From Eledone cirrhosa (lineage: Eukaryota): DNA of 64,000 bases. Shown here one piece after another: positions 30,642 through 40,154 of the stretch. Position 1 is the first letter of the stretch. The number at the start of each line of letters is the position of its first letter. The stretch covers positions 165,664,001 to 165,728,000 of the forward strand of contig OZ024742.1 of NCBI GenBank assembly GCA_964016885.1, read 5' to 3'. The notes below the pieces were generated by a model. That model was not told the origin of the DNA, made no database searches, and was given only the letters and a program-made list of their open reading frames with translations. A program made the translations under genes and the position numbers.

Positions 30642-31403
30642 GTAAGGACATTTTATATAACACTGCCTCTCTTGATAACCTGCTAATCATGGAGGATTTT
30701 AAATATTAACATCATCATCATCATCATACGTCCGCTTTTCCCTGCTTGCAAAATATATAAATATATATATGTATATAGAAAATTACAAAAATATTATCAA
30801 AAACGCTGTAATCCAGATGAGTGGGAATAACTTTTATTGCATAACACTTACACGTGTTTCATCATATGCATTACATATAAGCCTTGGACCGCTAATATAT
30901 ATATATATACACACACACCCAGATATATCACACACAGCATCTAAATTGTTGCTTGACATGCTAAAAATATCAGCCAAATCTCCCCCACATCATACCCTAA
31001 TGGCTTTAAAAAAATAAGGATGAAGCACATTGAATGTCTCAGATACACAATGCTTAAAAAAGAAAATAAGCAATATAATTTTTTCTTTTTTAATGTATCT
31101 GTTTATGTTTACTTTTAAAACCAAATCTTTAATACAGAATGAGAAGGTTACAAAGAAAGAGCAATGAACAACAACAACAACACTAAGCCTCTTAAAGTCA
31201 TTTACAGTACTAACTCAGGGGTCAGCAATCTTGTAGCCTCATGATAGGTTTCTCCATTTTGCTTTATCGTCTGCATCCTTCTATCGACCCTTTATCTTTC
31301 TTGGTCTTCCCCTTCCTCTACTTCCTTCCACATTCATTTCCATCACTTCATCATAATCATCATTTCCCATCTATTTTCTATGCTAACAAGGGTTGAATGC
31401 AAT

Positions 31404-31640
31404 TACTTTCATCCTTCAACACATGACCCAGCCATCTCATTCCATTTCTCTTTACAGTATCCATCATTGGCTCTAATCCTCTCACCCAGTCACTTTCATC
31501 CTTCCTCAACACATAACCCAGCTATCTCATTCCATTTCTCTTTACAGTATCCAACATTGGCTCTAGTCCTCTTACCCAGTCACTTCCATCCTTCCTCAAC
31601 ACATGACCCAGTCCTCTCATTATATTTGTTTTCTCAATAT
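31404..31640 (+). repeat. ~90-bp minisatellite, ~2.6 copies
   Basis: Units start at ~31404, 31491 and 31581 (CACTTTCATCCTTCCTCAACACATRACCCAG...). Confidence 0.85.
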
Positions 31641-31696
31641 CAATTGCCTTCCTTTATTTTTTTTTAAAGTATCCTTTTTGTTTACTTTAAAATCAG

Positions 31697-31826
31697 ATCT
31701 TCAAACAAATGTTGTCAGAAAAGCAGACCAAGTGGGAAAGTTACAAAAAAGAGGGCAATGAACGAATGCAGGAATTAAGTGAAGTATTTTCTGGGGTGAA
31801 ACCTTTAACAAGAATTGAGAAAAATG
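31697..31826 (+). CDS. WASHC5: WASHC5 exon B (130 nt): [43 protein letters not shown]
   Basis: Acceptor AATCAG, donor G|GTAGGT. Near-identical to strumpellin [37 protein letters not shown]. In frame with ORF-track 31709. Confidence 0.96.
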
Positions 31827-31893
31827 GTAGGTATATGCTAAGAGTGTACATAAAGGAAGACAACTTCTCCAATATCTTGATTCTCTTTTTTTC

Positions 31894-32570
31894 TTAACCC
31901 TCTAACCCAATCTGCCTAAAATTTACCCCTCATTCTATGATACAGAGCAGATTGTTTTAAAGTGTTTATATTTATCTAGAAATTATCCATTATCATTTTA
32001 TATAAGAACCTATGTTATTTATGTTCCAAACACCAGCTTAATAATGAGAAAGTTAGTTATGTTGCTAAATCACTCCAAATTTTTTCTTCTTGTTCTTCAA
32101 CCACTTATTCCTGAGAGGGTCATGGGGGCAGAGTCGTTAAATGCTCCTTCCTACAGGTCCTGTCAGAAGCAACCATCTCCAACTTATCCGGCTGGATCCC
32201 CAAGCAAGACAGCCAAGCTCATGGATGCTATCCAACCATTTTTCTCAGGCTCTACCACTAGGTTTCATGCCGGTTGGTTTTGGCCATAAAATCTGTCCAT
32301 TGAGACATTCTAACTGCATGCCCATAGTATCGGAGCTGTGATCTATCAATACTTGGAGTGACTCTCTGATCTCCAAACTATGCACTATATTGAGTAACGT
32401 TACTCCAAAGACCCTTCAGAGGAATCCCATTTCGGCCACTTGTATTTGTGATCATATTCTTTCGGTCATTACCCAAGATTCAAGACCATAAGTAAGGGTT
32501 ATTATTTTCAAAATTATTTGAAGATCACAAACAGTGTCTTATATTAGATATATGGTAACAAAAGGTTTAT
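31894..32570. mobile_element. Possible decayed TTAA/piggyBac-type MITE interrupted by the RTE fragment
   Basis: Starts TTAACCCTCT (31894) and ends with degenerate GGTAACAAAAGGTTTA (~32554-32569). AT-rich body on both sides of the LINE insertion. The TIR match is weak. Confidence 0.35.
32083..32500 (-). mobile_element. 5'-truncated, decayed RTE-clade LINE fragment (Rex3/Expander-like C-terminus) with a short (GAA)n tail
   Basis: Minus-strand translation TLTYGLESWVMTERI*SQIQVAEMGFL*RVFG...IDRSQLRYYGHAVRM...PTG.KPSGRA*EKWLDSI matches the RTE ORF C-terminal pattern (YG.E.WVMTER..S.IQAAEM.FLRRV.G; RSQLRW.GH..RM; G.RPRGRP...W.D). In-frame stops show it is dead. Confidence 0.85.
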
Positions 32571-32614
32571 TGACCATGAATATGACTTCCATAAAGCCAG
32601 ACCTATTTATTATA

Positions 32615-32860
32615 AACCTATATTCATATATCACTCACCAATGGGCCCTAGCCCTTGAGAAATTTGGTGAATATAGTGTTATTGCTACTTTGAACATCAG
32701 CAAAGCTTGGATTCCTCTTAAACCCAGCTTTTCCTTCAACTCTTCTGCCTCTCTCTCACACTTACATTGCACATCCAGTGGAGCATGGTTGCTTCATTTC
32801 TCTCCAGTTTACACACGACCTCTGCAGTCGCAGCCCATGTTTCACTACCATGCAGCATCG
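32615..32860 (+). mobile_element. Highly decayed non-LTR retrotransposon reverse-transcriptase fragment (CR1/Jockey-like)
   Basis: YITHQWALALEKFGEYSVIATLNISKA resembles the RT motif 'TH.W..AL...GE...VALDISKAFD'. The rest is degenerate. Confidence 0.5.
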
Positions 32861-33238
32861 CAAATCGCACACATGCATCATACTGTCGTCCTTTTGTGTG
32901 TGTGTGTGTGTTTGAACAATTAAAACAGAAGTCAGATGTGGGTAGAGAGTTAGTTCATTGTCTTACAATCATTTCAGAGGGTCGATTGATCAGTGAAGAT
33001 CGATGTTTCGACTAGCATGATAGTGGTTAAGTTATTACCAATTACTAGTCTCAAAGACTCTGTTCAATCAGCCATCCTCCTCAGAAACATACATATATAT
33101 ATGTCTGGCACAGTGAATCTGCCAGCATGACAAAAAATAATAATAATTACGATAAGGAAGAAGAGGATATGGTGGACAATGTATAATATAATTTTACATT
33201 TTGAAACATTCTGTTTTACTTTCTTTGAAATATTTCAG

Positions 33239-33351
33239 ACAATTTACAGGCTTGGTTTGCTGAAATGTCTAAACAGATCAGTTCTCTAGACTATGATGAT
33301 TCCACTGCTGCTGGTAGAAAAATAGTTCAACTTATACAAGCTCTGGAAGAA
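33239..33351 (+). CDS. WASHC5: WASHC5 exon C (113 nt): (D)[37 protein letters not shown]
   Basis: Acceptor TTTCAG, donor GTAAGC. Phase 1 start matches the exon B end. Contains the conserved [19 protein letters not shown] motif. Confidence 0.96.
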
Positions 33352-33423
33352 GTAAGCACTATTTTAACTCAACTCAAGTTATATTCCATGTAACTCATGC
33401 TAGCATGGAAAATTGGACGCTAA

Positions 33424-33600
33424 ATGGTGGTGGTGATTGTGGTGGTGGTGGTGGTGGTGGTTGTGGTGATGGTGATGAGGGTGGTGGTGGTGATGGTAAT
33501 GACGGTGATGATGATGATGATGATTATGATGATGATGATGATGATGAAGGTGGTAGTAATGGTGGTGGTGATGGTGATGATGATGGTGGTGGTAGTGATA
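33424..33600 (+). repeat. Compound (GGT)n/(GAT)n microsatellite
   Basis: Direct reading. Preceded by CATGCTAGCATGGAAAATTGGACG, the 3' end of the (ATC/GAT)n-tailed repeat family. Confidence 0.95.
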
Positions 33601-33639
33601 AAATGCTCCAGTCATCATTGTAATGTGGCAGTACTAAAC

Positions 33640-33825
33640 ATCTCATCTGATGATAAACTAACAATTCTGCCAACCCACCACCCTAGAGTGATACTTTATT
33701 TTATCAATGCTGAAAAGATAAAAGACAAAATTTATCTCAGGGTGATTTGAACTCGAACTCACAGTTAAGAGAGAGTAATAAGTACAGCAAGGTATTTGGC
33801 CTTACTCTCTAACAACTCTGCCAAT
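33640..33825 (-). mobile_element. Decayed SINE copy (same family as 41667-41880), reverse orientation
   Basis: TACTTTATTTTATCAA...ATTTGAACTC...CTCTGCCA is the reverse complement of the TGGCAG...GAGTTCAAAT...TTGATAAAATAAAGTA motifs at 41679-41805. Confidence 0.6.
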
Positions 33826-33865
33826 ATCTATATATAAATTTAAATGACTTCTGTCCATCACCCAA

Positions 33866-34140
33866 TGTGTGTGTGTGTTTGTGTGAGTGTGTGTGTGTGT
33901 GTGTAAAAGGAAGGAAGGGGATGGTGAAAAAAATATAGCAAAACAGCGACTGGCGTTCCATTTGCTACATTGTGTGTGTTTGTGTGAATGTTTGTGTGAA
34001 TGTATGTGTATTGGTGTGAATGTATGTCTGTAAGTGTGTATTTTTGTAAGTGTGTCTGTGTTTGTGCATTTATATTTATATACTCATACATATAAATGTA
34101 AGCACATGCATATACACACATGCACACACATATACACATA
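33866..34140. repeat. (TG)n/(CA)n-rich microsatellite region
   Basis: Direct reading. Confidence 0.85.
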
Positions 34141-34204
34141 GTTGTCAGCATATTTTTAAAAATTATAGTAAAGCAAATTACCAGAGTCAGGGTTTCTGAT
34201 TAAG

Positions 34205-34400
34205 TATTTCAGTATTTGTTCTAGCTCATTGAACTCTGAGTTTAAATTCCCTTGGGGGCAAATTTAGATTTCATCCCTTCAGGGTAGATAGATAAAGTAC
34301 CAGTATTGTACCATGGATTGGCAGAATTGTTCATTAATCAGTCAGAATGATTTGTGGTATTAAATGAAGCTCTGTGTGAACTGAGTTTTAATCCTATCTA
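34205..34400 (+). mobile_element. Decayed tandem SINE fragments (family of 41667-42050)
   Basis: CTGAGTTTAAATTCC...TTTCATCCCTTCAGGGTAGATAGATAAAGTACCAGT, then GGATTGGCAGAATTG...CTGAGTTTTAATCC. Confidence 0.6.
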
Positions 34401-34427
34401 ATTCTACCAGAAGTTGTAACCAGTAGA

Positions 34428-34943
34428 CAGAGGTGTAACTAGAGTATGGTAAGCATGGCACGTGCCATTGGCCCCACATGAAGGGGGAACCACTTGGACT
34501 AGAAGCACATGCTATTAACCCTTTAGCATTCACATTACTCTATATATACTATTATATTTTCATGGTAAAGGCTTTACCTCACATAATTATCTCACATAAT
34601 ATTGAATCTATGAGATTTTGAAAGTATTTATTTTGAGAACAATACCTTAACATCAATTAGTATGAGTGGCCAGTTTCAACAGAAAGAGGTAGAGAATTCT
34701 GGCCGGTTTTGGCCGGTTTAAACATTAAAGGGTTAAAGTCAAATAAGCCTCGTCGGAGAGTAAAAAAAGAAACTCCTTCAGTTGTATGATCTGTCTCTGA
34801 TTATCATGGGTGAGAACACTATAGTGGCTGGATCATTAAACCATTTATATAAATTATTAGGCCCATTGGTAAAAATACAGTGCTGAGCAGGGGCACAATT
34901 TCACTGCTTGCCATAGGTGCTATTTTCCTTAGTTATGCCTCTG
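34428..34943. mobile_element. Non-autonomous hAT-superfamily MITE with 8-bp target-site duplication
   Basis: TSD CCAGTAGA at 34420-34427 and 34944-34951. TIRs CAGAGGTGTAACTA ... TAGTTATGCCTCTG (12/14; mismatches consistent with CpG decay). An 8-bp TSD with CAG termini is typical of hAT. Confidence 0.88.
34515..34736. mobile_element. piggyBac-like MITE (TTAA TSD) nested in the hAT MITE
   Basis: TTAA-CCCTTTAGCATT ... AAACATTAAAGGG-TTAA. A second copy of the same element lies at 38062-38290. Confidence 0.88.
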
Positions 34944-35076
34944 CCAGTAGATAGTATCAGCAATAGGGAGATCATTGGAAACATTGTTTTCTTGGTCCAA
35001 TCTGATGATCAACTCCTTTCCTTTCTCTTTTTTTTCAAGATGTGATGCCATTCACCAATTTGATCTCTTTTGACAG

Positions 35077-35243
35077 GTTCAAGAATTCCATCAGCTGGAG
35101 AGCAACCTTCAGGTAAAACAGTTTCTGGCTGACACTCGTAAATACCTTCATCAAATGATACGTACAATTAACATCAAAGAAGAGGTACTAATCACTATTC
35201 AGATAGTTGCTGATCTTTCTTATGCATGGCACTTAATGGATAG
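35077..35243 (+). CDS. WASHC5: WASHC5 exon D (167 nt): [55 protein letters not shown](S)
   Basis: Acceptor TGACAG, donor AG|GTGAGT. Highly conserved strumpellin segment, phase 0 to 2. Confidence 0.97.
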
Positions 35244-35347
35244 GTGAGTATTTCTGTAGTTCACACTTAATTTATGTTGGAAACTGTATCACACATTGTC
35301 TTATCTTTCATTCCATAATTGTGGCACTTTTGTCAAATAAGTATAAA

Positions 35348-35555
35348 TCATCAACATCATCATACGTCCATTTTTCCATGCTAGCGTGGGTTAGATGAGT
35401 TGTCCTGTTGTGAGATAAGCCAGGTCAGATGACCACAGCTCATACAGAACTGATGTTGGCTAGGTTTCTACGGCTAGATGCCCTTCCTAATGGCAACCAC
35501 ATCTACACTGTATACTGGGTGCATAGTGTCATGTCACCTACACAACCACTTTTTA
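35348..35555 (-). mobile_element. (ATC)n-tailed interspersed repeat (retroposon-like 3' fragment)
   Basis: CATCAT-ACGTCCATTTTTCCATGCTAGCGTGGGTTAGA...GGTTTCTACGGCTAGATGCCCTTCCTAA shared with copies at 36081, 36612, 37367 (opposite strand) and 39345. Confidence 0.75.
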
Positions 35556-35702
35556 GTATGAGCTACACACTCACACACACACACATGTGAATGAAGATTT
35601 TAAGATAAACTTAAGGAAATATAATTACTAATTTTGAATTAGAAACCTATTTGAACTATTTCAAAGAATTAAAAGCCTTTGTTTTTAAATACTGTTAGTG
35701 TA

Positions 35703-36050
35703 TGGAGGCACATGGCTTAGTGGTTAGAGCGTTGGCCTTGCAATCGAAAGGTTGTGAGTTCAATTCTCAGACCGGGTGATGTGTTGTTTCCTTGAGCAAG
35801 ACACTTTATTTCACATTGCTCCAGTTTACTCAGCTGTAGAAATGAGATGATAGGGACTGGGATCCATATCATTCCACTGCAAAGTGGTCGCGGAGGTGCC
35901 ACGGCAAAAAAGCTCCCAGCACTCACTGTAAATGAGGTTGGTGTTAGGAAGGGCATCCAGCTGTAGAAATCAAACCAGAATCAGTTCCCGTCCCACCCTT
36001 GCAAGCAGGTAAAAGGCAGACGTAAAATGAAATGATGATGATGATGATGA
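35703..36050 (+). mobile_element. Composite tRNA-derived SINE (A box/B box head, CORE-like central motif) joined to the (GAT)n-tailed repeat
   Basis: A box TGGCTTAGTGG (35712), B box-like GAGTTCAATTC (35756), CCTTGAGCAAGACACTT (resembles the MIR/CORE CCTTGGGCAAGTCACTT motif), then GTTAGGAAGGGCATCCAGCTGTAGAAA... and a (GAT)n tail. Confidence 0.85.
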
Positions 36051-36080
36051 GTGTAAATATTTATGATGATCGCGTTTATT

Positions 36081-36590
36081 ATCATCATCATCATTTAATG
36101 TCCATTTTCCACACTAGCATTGGTTAGACAAGCTGTCTCACTATAAGATAAGCCAGGTCAGAGGATTGTACCTTGCCCACACAGAACTGATTTTTGCTTG
36201 GTTTCTACGGCTAGATACTCTTCCTAACGCCAACCACATTTACAGTGTGAATTGTGTGCTTTTTGTTGTGTCACCAACATGACCACTTTACAGTGTAGAC
36301 TGAGTATTTTTATCATGACACCTACCCAACAACTTTACAGTGTGAACTGGGTGCTTTTTGTCCTGACACCTACACAACCACTTTACAGTGTGAGCTGGGT
36401 GCTTTTTGTCATGACACCTACCCAACCACTTTACAGTGTGAACTGGGTGCTTTTTGTCATGACACCTACACAACCACTTTACAGTGTGAGCTGGGTGCTT
36501 CTTGTCATAGCACCAACATGACCACTTTACAGTGTGGGCTGGGCACTTATTGTCGTGGACCCAGGATGACCACTTTATAGTGTGGATTGG
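36081..36590 (-). mobile_element. (ATC)n-tailed repeat with an internally amplified 48-bp minisatellite (~7-8 units, 36235-36590)
   Basis: Units CCACTTTACAGTGTGAACTGGGTGCTTTTTGTCATGACACCTACCCAA start at 36283, 36330, 36378, 36426, 36474, 36522 and 36570. Confidence 0.85.
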
Positions 36591-36611
36591 GGAATTGGGG
36601 AGGTAGATATA

Positions 36612-36815
36612 TCATCATCATTATCGTTTAACATCTATCTTCCACGCTAGCATGGGTTAGACTGGTTTGTCCCATTTAGAGGCAAGTTGGGTCGGGTGAC
36701 CATGTCTCGCTCATATAGGACTGTTTCTGGCTGGTTTTCTACGGCTGGAGGCCCTTCCTAGGGCCAACTACATTTACAGTGTGTGCTGGGTGCTTTTTGC
36801 CGTGTATCTTACATG
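36612..36815 (-). mobile_element. (ATC)n-tailed repeat copy
   Basis: TCCACGCTAGCATGGGTTAGAC...GGTTTTCTACGGCTGGAGGCCCTTCCTA...TTTACAGTGTGTGCTGGGTGCTTTTTGCCGTG. Confidence 0.75.
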
Positions 36816-37364
36816 ACTTGTCTTTTATATATATATCAAAAATGTTGTTTTTATTTATATATATATATATTAGCAGTAGCACTAACATAGTGTGATTCAT
36901 ATTAGAGCTGTATTTGAAGACATATATGATAGTTTACATTTAATAAATATACATGATGAAGGTTTTAAGCTGTAACCATGTCAGCTATCACAGTGGCTTT
37001 ATATACACCCTACTCTGATTATGAATCATGCTGTTAGTACTACTACTAATTAATCCTATTTGGTCAAGCTGGCACTTAATGCAAATGTGTATATCAAGTA
37101 GATGTTTTATATACAATAAAGCATATAAGCTATAGCTTATTCTTGTCTTTCTATTGAGTGAGTAAATGTCACTGATGATGGATAAACATCCTGAATCACA
37201 TGTCTGGCATTCTCACTACTGAGATAGCTATAGCATGATCACTGCTTAAAACATTCAAAACAAGGTTTATGTATATTTATTATGCGTAAATATATTGTAT
37301 ATGTCTTCATAAACATGAACCTGACCTCTGGCGTCACGCAGTAATACAGAAGACCCCCCCCCCC

Positions 37365-37629
37365 CCACTGCAAAGTGGTCGTGGAGGTGCCACGGCAAAA
37401 AAGCACCCAGCCCACACTGTAAAGTGGACGTGTAGGCGCCACGGAAAAAAGCACCCAGCACTCACTGTAAATGAGGTTGATGTTAGGAAGGGATCCAGCT
37501 GTAGAAATCAAGCCAGAATTAGTTCCTGTATGAGCAAGGCATGGTCAGTCAACCGGACACTGCCGTCTAACCCGTCTAACCCATGCTAGTGTGGAAGAAC
37601 AGACGTAAAACGGTGATGATGATGATGAT
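37365..37629 (+). mobile_element. (GAT)n-tailed repeat copy with ~2-3 internal 48-bp units, preceded by poly-C
   Basis: CCACTGCAAAGTGGTCGTGGAGGTGCCACGGCAAAAAAGCACCCAG...GTTAGGAAGGG.TCCAGCTGTAGAAATC...(GAT)n. Confidence 0.8.
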
Positions 37630-37850
37630 ACACCTCTAATCATCATCACTATTTAACATCCATTTTTCATGCTAAAATGGAAAATAGACATTAATCTGAT
37701 GATGATGATGGCACCCATTGAGATGTGTATGTACACACATCTATATATGTACTCTTACAGTCTTAGATATGTGTGTATTTTTTATACCTATAGATATGTG
37801 TGTATGTGTTTGTTTGTTTTTACAGCCATATATCTGTTCCTCTTTTGTAG

Positions 37851-37926
37851 TTACACATCAATAATGCAAGAAGGAATTAAGAAAGATCCTTCCCTTGTTA
37901 TAAAACTGAGGGCAACATTTTTAAAG
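37851..37926 (+). CDS. WASHC5: WASHC5 exon E (76 nt): YTSIMQEGIKKDPSLVIKLRATFLK
   Basis: Acceptor TTTTGTAG, donor AAG|GTACTG. Phase 2 to 0. KLRATFLK motif. Confidence 0.96.
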
Positions 37927-38061
37927 GTACTGTGTTCAATATCTAACTATTGGGACCCAGTTTTTTTTTTTGGGGGGGGGGGGGGGGGCTTGTGATGTGT
38001 TTTGTTTATTTTGTAGATATCAACTTGAAAATGTGAGTGAACCAAAAGCATCAACATATCC

Positions 38062-38290
38062 TTAACCCTTTAGCATTTACATTACTCTATATTTACTATT
38101 ATATTTTCACGGTAAAAGCTTTACTTCACATAATTATCTCACATGATATCGAATCTATGAGATTTTGATATTATTTATTTTGAGAACAATACCTTAACAT
38201 CAATATAAGCGGCCAGTTACGGCCAGTTTGAATAGAAAGAGGTGAGAGAATTCTGGCCAAATATGGCCGGTTTAAATGCTAAGGGGTTAA
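38062..38290. mobile_element. piggyBac-like MITE (TTAA TSD), second copy
   Basis: TTAA-CCCTTTAGCATTTA ... TAAATGCTAAGGGG-TTAA (13/14 TIR). Body collinear with 34515-34736. Confidence 0.9.
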
Positions 38291-38664
38291 TATAGTAGCT
38301 AACACATGTGCATGGTATTCAAGAGATGTGGGGGTTCAATTCCTCCTAGGTGCTTCTGTCTTCCTTTTTTTATCTCTCAGGTATAATGTACCTGATTTTC
38401 TCAACTATTATTTATAAGTATTGACCCTTATTACAGGCATTTTCTGTGTTGAAACACTCACATTTCCTGTCATATCTTTAACACAACTGATGATCCTCCC
38501 CAACCCTTTGTTTGACAAGGGCAAGTTTTCTATGACTAGATGCCCTTCCTATCACCATTCACTTACAGCAAGGAGGGCAGTGTTTCTGCTAGTAGGAATA
38601 ATTGTGATAATGGTGGAAACAGCAACACCAATGTTGTAGTAATAGCAGTAGGTTCAATTATAGT

Positions 38665-38910
38665 CTGGTGATGGTAGTGGTAGTGGTGGCTGTAGTGGTT
38701 GTAGTAGTGGTGGTGGTGGCTGTAGTAGCAGTAGTAGTAGTGGTGGTGGCAGTGGTGGCTGTAGTAGCAATAGTAGTTGTGGTAGTAGTGGTGGTGGTGG
38801 TGGTGGTGGTAGTAGTAGTAGTAAAAGTAGTTGTTGCGGTGGTAGTAGTAGTAGTAGTAGTAGCAGCAGTGATGGTGGTGTTAATAGTAATAGTAAATGA
38901 TAATGATGTA
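38665..38910 (+). repeat. Compound (GTA)n/(GTG)n microsatellite immediately upstream of the exon F acceptor
   Basis: Direct reading. Confidence 0.95.
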
Positions 38911-38927
38911 TTATATTCATATTGTAG

Positions 38928-39047
38928 ATGGCCTCTGCATTGGATTTGCCACTCATGAGAATTCTTCAAGCCAACAGTCCTGACCTTATAAGTGTGTCCA
39001 AGTATTACTCAGGTGAATTGGTGGCTTATCTTAGAAAGGTGCTACAG
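38928..39047 (+). CDS. WASHC5: WASHC5 exon F (120 nt): [40 protein letters not shown]
   Basis: Acceptor TTGTAG, donor CAG|GTGAGT. Conserved [33 protein letters not shown]. Confidence 0.97.
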
Positions 39048-39285
39048 GTGAGTTCAGTCTCATTCAATGTGTAATATCTCTCTGAATTCTTTGTATTTGC
39101 AGAACCATCCATCTCTATTAGGTGTTCTATGTCTCTATATATATATATGTGTGTGTGTGTGTGAGTGTGAGTCATCAGCTCAATACATTAAGAGAATGTA
39201 AACATCAAGTTTAATATAGAGCTTTCCTAATGATTTCTTTTGAATGAAAGTTCTAGTACTGTAGAAGCCATTTCTCTATTAAACT

Positions 39286-39287
<2 letters not shown>

Positions 39288-39336
<49 letters not shown>

Positions 39337-39343
39337 TATATAT

Positions 39344-39344
<1 letters not shown>
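39288..39344. repeat. (TA)n microsatellite
   Basis: Direct reading; abuts the (ATC)n tail of the adjacent SINE. Confidence 0.95.
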
Positions 39345-39374
<30 letters not shown>

Positions 39375-39682
39375 CTTTACGTCCGCTTTTCCCTGCTTGC
39401 AAGGGTAGGACGGGAACTCATTCTGGCTTGATTTCTACAGCTGGATGCCCGTCCTAACACCAACATCATTTACAGTGAGTGCTGGGTGCTTTTTTGCCGT
39501 GGTACCTCCACGACCACTTTGCAGTGGAATGATAGGGACCTCAGTCCCTATCATCTCATTTCTACAGCTGAGTAAACTGGAGCAATGTGAAATAAAGTGT
39601 CTTGCTCAAGGAAACAACACATCACCCGGTCTGAGTATTGAACTCACAACCTTTCTATTGCAAGCCCAATGCTGTAACCACT
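39345..39682 (-). mobile_element. Composite tRNA-SINE, reverse-orientation near-copy of 35703-36050
   Basis: The ORF-track peptides 39445(+) and 35717(-) are nearly identical. CTCATTTCTACAGCTGAGTAAACTGGAGCAATGTGAAATAAAGTGTCTTGCTCAAGGAAAC is the exact reverse complement of 35786-35846. Confidence 0.9.
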
Positions 39683-40005
39683 ATATATATATACATACAT
39701 ATATATAGGTGTAGAGGTGCAAGATAATTGCGTCTGTAGGCAGTATGCTGGGTGAGCACTCAATGCTCTTGCAGAGCAGAGTATAAATAGTAATAAAGGA
39801 ACATAGAATCAGTGTTGCATCATAACATATTTAATAACATATTATATGTTTCACTGTCCATCAGCTCGAAGGGTAGACCACATTGGAAACGTTGTCCTCC
39901 ACCCCCCACTCTCAAGCATGAATCTAATACCAACACTGTTCATACTGCACTCTTCATTATTGTTTTTGTTTTTTCGTTTTTTTTTACTTCTATATATATA
40001 TATAT

Positions 40006-40154
40006 ATTAGAAATTATAAGCTTTCACCGTATTTTAGACTAAAGAAATTTCTAGCCTGATAGTGGGGTTTATAACCCTCGGAGAAATGGAAAAAGATGAG
40101 TGTTGGCAACACTCATCTAAGTCTAAAATACGATGAAAGCTTATAATTTCTAAT
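40006..40154. repeat. 149-bp inverted-repeat element (35-bp arms, 1 mismatch) with an internal perfect 12-bp hairpin; MITE-like
   Basis: ATTAGAAATTATAAGCTTTCACCGTATTTTAGACT (40006-40040) pairs with AGTCTAAAATACGATGAAAGCTTATAATTTCTAAT (40120-40154). Internal AGATGAGTGTTG-G-CAACACTCATCT at 40094-40118. Confidence 0.85.

Noticed and set aside
31217-31235. CAGGGGTCAGCAA, a hAT-like terminus
   Set aside because: No matching second TIR or TSD found.
33400-33750. Poly-His/Gly/Asp/Val ORFs
   Set aside because: Translations of the GGT/GAT microsatellite inside an intron.
35703-35775. Possible tRNA gene
   Set aside because: Has A/B boxes but I could not form a convincing cloverleaf. It continues into a SINE body present in a second copy.
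37962-37988. T10 followed by a long G run (also the C run at ~37354)
   Set aside because: Simple homopolymers. G-quadruplex potential exists, but the length is error-prone and nothing supports function.
38654-38969. Poly-Thr/Val/Pro-Leu ORFs
   Set aside because: Translations of the GTA/GTG microsatellite.
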